From: a virus
Lineage: Duplodnaviria; Caudoviricetes
IMG/VR virus record: IMGVR_UViG_3300036790_000144
Span: 1 to 24,386 of that record
Direction: 5' to 3' (one strand)
DNA length: 24,386 nucleotides
Positions 1-6,862 of this stretch are shown here, piece by piece (the stretch's first letter is position 1; every line of letters starts with the position of its first letter). The notes under the pieces are model-generated. The model made no database searches. It saw only the letters and a list, made by a program, of their open reading frames with translations, and had not been told where the DNA came from. The position numbers and the translations under genes were made by a program.

Positions 1-420
1 GAACTGTTCGCCAAGACGGTCGGCCGCTATCGCGGCGTGATCGAAGGTCCGCGGCCGATGCGCTCGCTGATGCCGGAGACGACGTCGGAATACGTCGCTG
101 AAGAGAGTGCCGGCGAGCGCTTCGCGTGTCCGTCGCGCGCGCTCGATCCGGCCGAGAAGCTTGTGCGCATCGGCAACCTCACGCTGACGACGAGGACGTG
201 GCCGTGCCAGCTGCCGGGCGAGGTCTGCATCTGCGCCGAGCGGCGCGATCGCTACATGCGCGCTTACGAAGCGGTGGCCAGCGCCGGCCGGCGCGCGCTG
301 ATGGCGGTGATTGCCGTCGCGGTGCGCTGCGAAGACATTCCGCCGCAGGACCTCGTTTACCTTAAAGCCGGATTGCAAGCAGCGGCGCGGTATCTTCACT
401 TGCGGGTCGCCGGCGACTGA
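1..420 (+). CDS. 5'-truncated hypothetical protein, possible late-gene regulator (C-terminus reminiscent of DUF6456/antiterminator-like proteins)
   Basis: Frame 1 is open from base 1 (ELFAKTVGRYRGVIEGP...) to TGA at 418-420. C-terminal pattern 'AVIAVAVRCED...LKAGLQAAARYL' and position upstream of a terminator and the terminase genes suggest the function, which is inference. Confidence 0.55.
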   Translation, partial: ELFAKTVGRYRGVIEGPRPMRSLMPETTSEYVAEESAGERFACPSRALDPAEKLVRIGNLTLTTRTWPCQLPGEVCICAERRDRYMRAYEAVASAGRRALMAVIAVAVRCEDIPPQDLVYLKAGLQAAARYLHLRVAGD

Positions 421-470
421 CGCAGTGTCATTAATGCAGGTTGGCCGAGTGCGCCTGATGAAGCACCGGC

Positions 471-507
471 GCCCCGCACCGCGACAGCGGTCGCGGGGCT
501 TTTTGTT
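471..507 (+). terminator. Intrinsic (rho-independent) terminator
   Basis: GCCCCGC-ACCGC-gaca-GCGGT-c-GCGGGGC stem with one bulge (471-499), followed by TTTTTGTT (500-507). Confidence 0.8.
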
Positions 508-518
508 GGAGGCGTCAC

Positions 519-794
519 GTGATCGACGTCGCCGGCGAGCTGTCGCACATCCTTGAGCTCGCGACCGCACTCAACAACACGCCCGGCGTCGATCGCCGCG
601 GCGGTCACGGCGCCTGGTACGAAGCGCGCGACCATATCGCGCGCTCGCTGGCGCGCTCGGTCGGTACAATCCGCAAATCGCTCGGCATCACTGCCGAGCC
701 GCAGCGCAGTTTCTGCAGCCGCCACGTCGATCTCGGCCTCGATGCCGTGCGCCAGGGCGGCCGCATCGTGCCGATCGAGCGGCGGCCGCGATAA
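519..794 (+). CDS. Hypothetical protein (91 aa)
   Basis: GGAGG at 508-512 precedes GTG 519; fills the gap between terminator and recombinase; no motif recognised. Confidence 0.55.
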   Translation: MIDVAGELSHILELATALNNTPGVDRRGGHGAWYEARDHIARSLARSVGTIRKSLGITAEPQRSFCSRHVDLGLDAVRQGGRIVPIERRPR

Positions 795-838
795 GAGTTT
801 CGTCGCCAATTGAGGGCGAGAAACTGGACGTGCCGGGC

Positions 839-890
839 GTCCGATAGCTGCCCCTATCGGACATCGCACCTGACCTGACTATCGGACATC
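839..890. promoter_or_regulatory. Putative tyrosine-recombinase core site plus accessory half-site
   Basis: Perfect inverted repeat GTCCGATAG-(CTGCCC)-CTATCGGAC at 839-862 (9-bp arms, 6-bp asymmetric spacer). CTATCGGACATC occurs at 854-865 and again at 879-890, ending 17 bp before the recombinase ATG. Confidence 0.7.
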
Positions 891-907
891 CGGCCGGGAG
901 CTCGGCG

Positions 908-1858
908 ATGGTCAACGAGCTCGTTCCGGCGGCCGAAAACGCCGAATTAATTGACGCCGCTCAAGCGGTTACCAAGTTCGCGGAAAACAGCAAAGCCGCC
1001 AACACGCGGCGCGCCTATGCCGCCGACTGGCGGCACTTCACCGCCTGGTGCGCCCGGATGAACCTGCCGGCGCTGCCGGCGCCGCCGGCAACGGTGGCGA
1101 TCTACCTCGGCGCGCTCGCCACCAACGGCATGAAGGTCAAGACGATCGAGCGGCGCTGCACGGCGATCCGTCACTTCCACAAACAAGCAGGGCTCGACAA
1201 TCCGGCGGACCATCCCGGCGTCAAGGCGACGCTCGAGGGGATTCGCCGTACGCTCGGCACCGCGCCGGCGAAGAAGGCGGCGCTGACCGCGGAGCTGGTC
1301 GCGAAAGCGATCAAGAGAATTCCGACAGATCTCGCAGGCCTGCGCGATCGCGCGCTGATCCTGCTCGGCTTCGCCGCGGCGCTCCGCCGCTCCGAGCTCA
1401 TCGGGCTCGATCACAGAGACATCGCGCGACACCCGAAGGGCCTCGTGCTGACGCTGCGGCGATCCAAAACCGACCAGGCCGGCGCCGGCACGCTCAAAGC
1501 GGTGCCGCACGGTCACAAACTCAAAGCCGTCGCCGCGCTCGATGCGTGGCTCGCGGCCGCGGCGATCTCTGAAGGACCGATCTTCCGCGGCGTGCGCGCC
1601 GGCAGCGTGTTTCCGGCGCGGCTCTGCGATCACCAGGTCGCGCGCATCGTCAAGAAGCGCGCTGCGCAGATCGGCCTCGATCCAACTTTGTTTGCCGGTC
1701 ACTCGCTGCGGTCCGGCTTCATCACCAGCGCGGCCGACGCCGGCGCCGAGCTCGCGGCGATCGCCAAGCACGCCGGCCACGCCAAGATCGACACCACGCT
1801 CGGCTATGTGCAGGTCGCCGACGCGTTCCGCGATCACTCCGGCAAGAAGTTTCTTTGA
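908..1858 (+). CDS. Tyrosine recombinase, Cre-like (N-terminal SAM-like core-binding domain plus catalytic domain), 316 aa
   Basis: 'NTRRAYAADWRHFTAWC' N-domain; catalytic set R (AALRRSEL), K (RRSKTDQ), HxxR (GHSLRSG), H (AGHA), Y (LGYV); no arm-binding extension. Confidence 0.93.
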   Translation: MVNELVPAAENAELIDAAQAVTKFAENSKAANTRRAYAADWRHFTAWCARMNLPALPAPPATVAIYLGALATNGMKVKTIERRCTAIRHFHKQAGLDNPADHPGVKATLEGIRRTLGTAPAKKAALTAELVAKAIKRIPTDLAGLRDRALILLGFAAALRRSELIGLDHRDIARHPKGLVLTLRRSKTDQAGAGTLKAVPHGHKLKAVAALDAWLAAAAISEGPIFRGVRAGSVFPARLCDHQVARIVKKRAAQIGLDPTLFAGHSLRSGFITSAADAGAELAAIAKHAGHAKIDTTLGYVQVADAFRDHSGKKFL

Positions 1859-1945
1859 TCCGCGATGGTTGGTTACAGGCCGATCGACTCGCGATAGCGG
1901 CGCCGCGCGGATGTACCGCGGCGCCGCAACCATTTCGAGGTTGCG

Positions 1946-2533
1946 ATGCCCGCGCTTAAAAATGCCAAGCACGAGGCGGTCGCGCAGGCGTTCATCGCCG
2001 ACAAAGAGCGGATCGGCTGGCGCGCCTACAAGCACGCGTTCCCGAATAGCTCGCGCCACGCGTCCGAGACGGCGTGGTCGCGGCTGCTGAAAACCGCGGA
2101 GTTTAAGGCGCGGATCGCGGCATTGCAGGACGCCGCTGCAGCGCGCGCCGTCGAGCTCGGCGTCATGAGCGCGCAGGAAGTGCTGCGCGAGCTCTCCAAG
2201 ATCGGCCGCGCCAACGTGTCCGATTACGTCCGGGTCACCAGCGAAGGCGATCCGGCGATCGATCTCTCCAAGCTGAGCCGCGACCAGGCGGCCGGCCTGG
2301 TGTCGGTCAGCGTCGAGGATTTCACCGACGGCCGCGGCGACGACGCCCGCGAGGTCAAGCGCGTCACCATTCGCCTCGGCGACAAACGCGGCGCGCTCCG
2401 CGATCTCGGCCAGCACCACAAGCTGTTCACGGAGCGCCTCGAGATCGATGACAAGAAAGGTCTCGCGGACAAGCTCGCCGCCGCGCGCCGCCGCGCCGCC
2501 GGCGTCCGCGACGGCAAAGCAAGATCCCGCTGA
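1946..2533 (+). CDS. terS: Terminase small subunit (195 aa)
   Basis: 'MPALKNAKHEAVAQAF...AY' HTH-like N-terminus, 'EVLRELSKIG' helix, 'IRLGDKRGALRDLGQHHKLFTER' C-terminal motif; directly upstream of TerL. Confidence 0.88.
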   Translation: MPALKNAKHEAVAQAFIADKERIGWRAYKHAFPNSSRHASETAWSRLLKTAEFKARIAALQDAAAARAVELGVMSAQEVLRELSKIGRANVSDYVRVTSEGDPAIDLSKLSRDQAAGLVSVSVEDFTDGRGDDAREVKRVTIRLGDKRGALRDLGQHHKLFTERLEIDDKKGLADKLAAARRRAAGVRDGKARSR

Positions 2534-4016
2534 GGAGCTGTTCGAACTGGCGGCGAGCTGCGCGCGCGATCCGCTGCGCTATGTGATGCTCGCCTATCCG
2601 TGGGGCGAGAAGGGCGGTCCGCTCGAGGACTTCGACGGCCCGGACCTCTGGCAGACCGAGATCCTGCGCTACATCCGCGACCACCTCGGCACCAAAGAGC
2701 CGGTCCGCGTTGCCATCGCCGGCGGCGTTGGCCCTGGTAAGACGGCGCTCGCGGCCTGGATCGCCGATTGGGGCATGACGACGTTTCCGGATTGCCGCGG
2801 GCGAGTCACCGCCAACACCGGCAAGCAGCTCACGATGTCGAGCTGGCCCGAGATTGCCAAGTGGCACAGCATGTCGCTGTTCGCCCCCTGGTTTCAGCTG
2901 CAGTCGCGCTCGCTGGTCTCGGCCGATCCGAAGCACCGGCAGAACTGGACGTTTGACGCCTTCACCTGGGAAGAGGCCAATCCCGAGACGATCCGCGGCT
3001 TCCACAACGCCGGCAAGCGCAGCATCACCATCAACGACGAGACCTCGGCGACGCCCGACGCGGTGCTGAGCGCGGAAGAGGGCTTTCTCTCCGACGAGGG
3101 CACCGAGCGCATCTGGCTGCTGCTCGGCAACCCGACGCGGCCGACCGGCTATTTCCGGGAATGCTTCCCGGGCGGGCTGCGGCATCAGCTTTGGAAGGCT
3201 TTCAACATCGACACGCGCCAGGCGCGGATGTCGAACAAGACGCAGATCAAAGAGTGGATCGACTTCTACGGGCTCGATCACGACTTCGTCCGCGTCAACG
3301 TGCTGTCGCAGTTTCCGCGCGCCAGCGCCACGCAATTCATCGCTTCCGATATCGTCACCGGGGCGGCGTCGCCCGAACGCGACCCGCCGGTGACGATCTA
3401 CGACCCGCTGGTGATCGGCGTCGACATTGCGGCTTACGGCGACGATCAGACGGTGATCCGCTTCCGCCGCGGCCGCGACGCGCGCACCATCCCGGCGCAG
3501 AAATATCGCGGCCTCGACATGATGCAGATCGCCGCCCGCATCGCCGAGGCCAACGAGCGGCATCGTCCCGATGCCATCTTCATCGACCAGGGCAACATGG
3601 GGCTTGGCGTCGTCGACCGCTGCCGCCAGCTGCAACTGCCGGTCTACGGCATCGACTTCGGCGCCGAGCCGGTCGGCGGCGATCCGACCGCGGCCTACTA
3701 CAATCGCCGCGCCGAGATGTACGGCAAGCTGCGCGACTGGCTGCCGCACGGCGCGATCGACGACGACCCCGAGCTCAAGTCCAACCTGACCGCGGTGCAG
3801 TACGGCTACAAGCTGCGCAACGGCCGCGACGCCATCCTGCTCGAGCGCAAGAAGGACATGAAGGCCCGCGGCCTGGCGTCGCCCGACGACGGCGATGCGC
3901 TGGCGTTGACCTTTGCTTTACCGGTTGCGCCCAGTGATCACACCGCGCAGCTGTCGCGGCGCGGCCGCGGCCACCAGGTGGACTACGATCCTTTCGCGGC
4001 GGGGTATCGGCGATGA
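2448..4016 (+). CDS. terL: Terminase large subunit (start codon uncertain)
   Basis: Walker A-like GGVGPGKT, Walker B-like ITINDE, 'LLGNPTR' motif, nuclease motifs 'IGVDIA..GDDQTVI', 'IFIDQG' and 'SPDDGDALALTF'; ends VDYDPFAAGYRR. Confidence 0.95.
   Translation: MTRKVSRTSSPPRAAAPPASATAKQDPAEELFELAASCARDPLRYVMLAYPWGEKGGPLEDFDGPDLWQTEILRYIRDHLGTKEPVRVAIAGGVGPGKTALAAWIADWGMTTFPDCRGRVTANTGKQLTMSSWPEIAKWHSMSLFAPWFQLQSRSLVSADPKHRQNWTFDAFTWEEANPETIRGFHNAGKRSITINDETSATPDAVLSAEEGFLSDEGTERIWLLLGNPTRPTGYFRECFPGGLRHQLWKAFNIDTRQARMSNKTQIKEWIDFYGLDHDFVRVNVLSQFPRASATQFIASDIVTGAASPERDPPVTIYDPLVIGVDIAAYGDDQTVIRFRRGRDARTIPAQKYRGLDMMQIAARIAEANERHRPDAIFIDQGNMGLGVVDRCRQLQLPVYGIDFGAEPVGGDPTAAYYNRRAEMYGKLRDWLPHGAIDDDPELKSNLTAVQYGYKLRNGRDAILLERKKDMKARGLASPDDGDALALTFALPVAPSDHTAQLSRRGRGHQVDYDPFAAGYRR
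3977..4016 (+). repeat. terL 3'-end repeat, copy 1 (VDYDPFAAGYRR-stop)
   Basis: ggtggactacgatcctttcgcggcggggtatcggcgatga; 30/40 nt identical to 4718-4757 by manual count. Confidence 0.85.
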
Positions 4017-4708
4017 ATGATGTTTGTTGCAGGGTGGGTGCCGGCTGGCTCTGCGAGGCCGCCGACGCGCCGGACCAATCCTGGATGAGCGATGCCTTCT
4101 GGGTACGCGCTAATGATCGCCTCGGCCATCGCACAACGGTGCCACACCGAACTGGCGTCATGCAGATCTATGACGCGGTTCGTTTCGTTAAAGCTGGCGA
4201 TCGCGTAAGACAGCTTTTCTACGGCGACCAATGGTGCGAGCCGGCTGAGATCGCGGGATTCGCTGCGCGCTACGGCACGCTCGACCCGGAACGAGCGCAG
4301 ACCTCGGTCTGTGTCCTCGATGCTCGGGGTGACGGGCCTTCTTTAACCTCGGCCTGGCTGATCGCGTGGGGTCCGCGTTCAATCTTTATGGTGACGCCTG
4401 ACGGCGAGCCGTCAGTCGGCGGCGGCGAGATGGCCCTCGTTGTTAGGGATTGGCGATTCGCAATCCGCATCGCCAACATCGGCCACGACGTTGCGGAAAT
4501 TACGCTGCTGGAGTTGCTCGATCGAGCGCTTCTGATGTTGCCTGAAGGGCGCCCGAGCTCGGTTCGCGTTGGCGCGCTTGATCCCGCAGCGTATCGTCCC
4601 GTCTTCTACATGAATGCCCGGCTGCGCCGGCTGCTTGGAGCCGATGATTTCCGTCATGTTTTTATCCGGGCAGTTGATCTTCGGGACGATGAGCAGCGCG
4701 TGACCTGA
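4013..4708 (+). CDS. Shortened paralog of the major capsid protein (231 aa)
   Basis: Collinear blocks match the MCP at 11515-12552: LFYGD/SFYGN, GFAARY/GLSARF, TSAWLIAWG/TSIWLCCWG, RDWRFAIRIANI/KNWQYFCRIANI, LLDRALLMLP/LMSKALYRMP, RPVFYMN/RPAFYWN, FRHVFIRAVD/FRGVPIRNCD. ATGA overlap with the terL stop. Confidence 0.85.
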   Translation: MNDVCCRVGAGWLCEAADAPDQSWMSDAFWVRANDRLGHRTTVPHRTGVMQIYDAVRFVKAGDRVRQLFYGDQWCEPAEIAGFAARYGTLDPERAQTSVCVLDARGDGPSLTSAWLIAWGPRSIFMVTPDGEPSVGGGEMALVVRDWRFAIRIANIGHDVAEITLLELLDRALLMLPEGRPSSVRVGALDPAAYRPVFYMNARLRRLLGADDFRHVFIRAVDLRDDEQRVT

Positions 4709-4717
4709 TGCGATCGC

Positions 4718-4757
4718 GGTGGACTATGACCCTTTTGCTCCAAGGTATCGGCGCTAG
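4718..4757 (+). repeat. terL 3'-end repeat, copy 2 (VDYDPFAPRYRR-stop), orphan fragment
   Basis: ggtggactatgacccttttgctccaaggtatcggcgctag; 10/12 residues identical to the TerL tail; in-frame TGA upstream at 4701-4703. Confidence 0.85.
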
Positions 4758-4772
4758 GCACGTGGGGCCACA

Positions 4773-4970
4773 ATGCTAGACGTCGTGCTGTTTTGTGGCG
4801 GGGTCATCATCAGCCAAGTCGGCGTTGCCGCCTGGGCGGTGTGCGCGCCGGGCTCGTTCATGGCGCATTATCTGCCGCGGCAAAAAGCGCTCGCCGACGC
4901 CGCTCGCGCGACGCGCTACGACCGCGCCGTCATCTATCGTCGGGGCAAGGCGCCTGAGGTGGTCGGCTGA
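4773..4970 (+). CDS. Small hypothetical protein with hydrophobic N-terminus (65 aa)
   Basis: 'VVLFCGGVIISQVGVAAWAVC' possible TM segment; TGATG coupling to the next ORF. Confidence 0.55.
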   Translation: MLDVVLFCGGVIISQVGVAAWAVCAPGSFMAHYLPRQKALADAARATRYDRAVIYRRGKAPEVVG

Positions 4971-5188
4971 TGCGGCCGCGCCCCGTCACTGACGACGAGA
5001 GTCCCGCGGTCGCCGCGCTGCGTCGCGCGATGAGCGCCGGAATTATCGCCACCGTGACCAGCGTGTCGATCGACGGCCTGGTGACCTTCGAATGGTGCGA
5101 CAATCAAGCGCCTGGCGGCATCGTGCGCGCCACGATGCACGAGGAGCTCGCCGACATGCTGTTCGAGGAGATCCGTTACCTGCAATGA
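4970..5188 (+). CDS. Hypothetical protein (72 aa)
   Basis: Coupled on both sides (TGATG at 4968-4972, ATGA at 5185-5188). Confidence 0.65.
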   Translation: MRPRPVTDDESPAVAALRRAMSAGIIATVTSVSIDGLVTFEWCDNQAPGGIVRATMHEELADMLFEEIRYLQ

Positions 5189-5859
5189 CCGACAAACCGA
5201 CGCGCCTCACCATCCGACTCGGCGAGGATGCGCGGACCTATTTGCAGGCTGAAGCTGCGAAGCGTGGCCTCGACGAGGCCGCCTTTGCGCGGATGCTGAT
5301 CTACGAGCGCATGAATGGTGCTGCTCCAATCGTTCCGAGCACCGCTCGCCGTTACGAGCTCGCTCACCCTGCGGTCGGCGGCGAGGTCAGCGACGCGACG
5401 CAGCCGCATCTCGGCGACGGTCGGGACGTCGACCTCGATGCCGCCGCCACTGACGCGGATCTCGCTGCCGCCGGCGAACCGCGCGCCGAAGAGTTCGAAG
5501 TCGAGGCGGATGCCGACGGCGGCAATCCGGAAGCGATCGCCACCTTCGACGCGCTGTTGGCGGCGGGGCCGAGTTTCCTCGACAGCCTGATTGCCGAACG
5601 CCGCGCGACCGTGCCGGCGCCGCAGCCGCGCTTGCCAATGCGCGCGCCGCAGCGCCAGCCGGCGATCGCGCCGCGCAACTACCGCGCCCAGCGCCGCGGG
5701 CCGCAGCAGGGCCTGCAGCCGTCCTACGGGCCCGGTTCGCTGACGCGGCCGCTCGGCGTCAACGAATACTCGATCGGCGACGTTCAATTCGGCGACGGCT
5801 CGCGCAATGTCGGCCGCCAGAACATGGGGCACTTCGGTGTCGGCCCGCGGCGGCGCTGA
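5185..5859 (+). CDS. Putative ribbon-helix-helix DNA-binding protein with long disordered tail (224 aa)
   Basis: Start reassigned to ATG 5185 (ATGA overlap). 'PTRLTIRLGEDARTYLQAEAAKRGLDEAAFARMLI' fits the Arc/CopG strand-helix-G-helix pattern. Confidence 0.7.
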   Translation: MTDKPTRLTIRLGEDARTYLQAEAAKRGLDEAAFARMLIYERMNGAAPIVPSTARRYELAHPAVGGEVSDATQPHLGDGRDVDLDAAATDADLAAAGEPRAEEFEVEADADGGNPEAIATFDALLAAGPSFLDSLIAERRATVPAPQPRLPMRAPQRQPAIAPRNYRAQRRGPQQGLQPSYGPGSLTRPLGVNEYSIGDVQFGDGSRNVGRQNMGHFGVGPRRR

Positions 5860-6078
5860 GTGAGCGAATTCGCCGGCTACCGCGATGCGGACACGCGCAA
5901 GCGCCTGGTCGCTTTCGTCGCCGGCCAGCGCGGCATGAGCGCGCAGAATGCCGAGCGCGAGCTGATGCGGCTCAACCATGTCGGCCTCGCTTACGTGCAC
6001 CAGGACATGGTCGGCGCCGAAGAGACGGCGCAAGTCGCGATCAGCGATTACGACCCGCTGGCGATCGGGAGGACCTGA
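5860..6078 (+). CDS. Hypothetical protein ending in a TerL-tail-like motif (72 aa)
   Basis: GTG abuts the upstream stop and TGA abuts the next ATG; ends VAISDYDPLAIGRT. Confidence 0.7.
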   Translation: MSEFAGYRDADTRKRLVAFVAGQRGMSAQNAERELMRLNHVGLAYVHQDMVGAEETAQVAISDYDPLAIGRT

Positions 6079-6342
6079 ATGCCGCGTTTCGAGTACCGCA
6101 TCGAAAGCTTCACGCATCCGCACGGCGTCCACAATCCGACGCCCTCGATCGCCGAGTTCCTGGCGCGGGTGAACGCGCTCGGCGCCGAGGGCTGGATGGT
6201 CATTCCCGCCAGCGGGTTTGCGCCGGGCATCGTGCTGCTCGTGCGCGAGTCGCGCGATGCGCCAGGGCCGAATTGGGACGAGATCGGCCGCATCGGCGGC
6301 GTCAGCGGCAAGCCGAAGCCGCCCGCTCCGGGAGACGCCTGA
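6079..6342 (+). CDS. DUF4177-like small protein (87 aa)
   Basis: 'FEYRI....VNALGAEGWMVI' matches the EYK...LN.LG.EGWELV pattern; GGAGGA upstream. Confidence 0.65.
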   Translation: MPRFEYRIESFTHPHGVHNPTPSIAEFLARVNALGAEGWMVIPASGFAPGIVLLVRESRDAPGPNWDEIGRIGGVSGKPKPPAPGDA

Positions 6343-6647
6343 TGGACCGCGCCACCTTCAAGTTGCTGATGGCGATCGGCGTGCTGCTCTATGGCGCGCT
6401 ATATCTGTGCGCCGTCGTGCTGCTCGGCCTGATCATGAGCGTGTGGCCGGCGTCGCTGCTCGCGGTTGCCGCGATGGGCGTGAGCTACCTCAGCTACATC
6501 GCGCAACTTTTCTGTCAGCACGATGCGCCAGCCGACACGCCGGTTGCGACGTCGCTTGCACTCTTGCTGGTGTGGCTATCGATGCTGCTCGGCGCCGGCG
6601 CCGGCCTAATGCTCCTCTTCGCCGAGGTCCCGTCATGGGCTTTCTGA
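6342..6647 (+). CDS. Small integral membrane protein (101 aa, about 3 TM segments)
   Basis: ATG 6342 in a TGATG overlap; three long hydrophobic runs. A holin or exclusion role cannot be established from sequence. Confidence 0.7.
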   Translation: MDRATFKLLMAIGVLLYGALYLCAVVLLGLIMSVWPASLLAVAAMGVSYLSYIAQLFCQHDAPADTPVATSLALLLVWLSMLLGAGAGLMLLFAEVPSWAF

Positions 6648-6862
6648 CGCCATCGATGCCGTCGAGCCCGCCGCCGCCGCCGGCGCCGCCGCCGGCCGCC
6701 AATCCGCCGACCTATGCCAATGCCGGCGTGCAGGCTGTCGGTGCCGCTGCCGCCAAGCGCGCCGCCGCGGCTTCGGGCTTCGGCGCCGACGGCACGATCC
6801 TGACTTCGCCCCAAGGCGCATCGCTCGCGCCGACGGCCGGCAAATCGCTGACGGGCCAGTGA
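6635..6862 (+). CDS. Small pre-portal virion-associated protein (75 aa)
   Basis: MGFLTPSMPSSPPPPPAPPP...GTILTSPQG...KSLTGQ: Pro-rich N-terminus and a TILT..G...K.L.G C-terminus typical of the small gene preceding the portal in this phage group. Confidence 0.75.
   Translation: MGFLTPSMPSSPPPPPAPPPAANPPTYANAGVQAVGAAAAKRAAAASGFGADGTILTSPQGASLAPTAGKSLTGQ

Noticed and set aside
456-470. CTGATGA resembling a hammerhead ribozyme core
   Set aside because: No stem II followed by GAAA and no stem I/III pairing found nearby.
796-825. Bulged hairpin AGTTTCgTCGCC...GGCGAGAAACT after ORF 519-794
   Set aside because: No U-tract on either strand and no similarity to the recombinase arms; function cannot be supported.
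3977-6078. Shufflon-like switching of TerL C-termini by the upstream recombinase
   Set aside because: The DYDP copies are direct, diverged at synonymous sites and share nothing with the 839-862 inverted-repeat site; no inverted cassettes seen.
6342-6647. Holin call for the 3-TM protein
   Set aside because: No adjacent endolysin or spanin and no charged C-terminal tail; left as a generic membrane protein.
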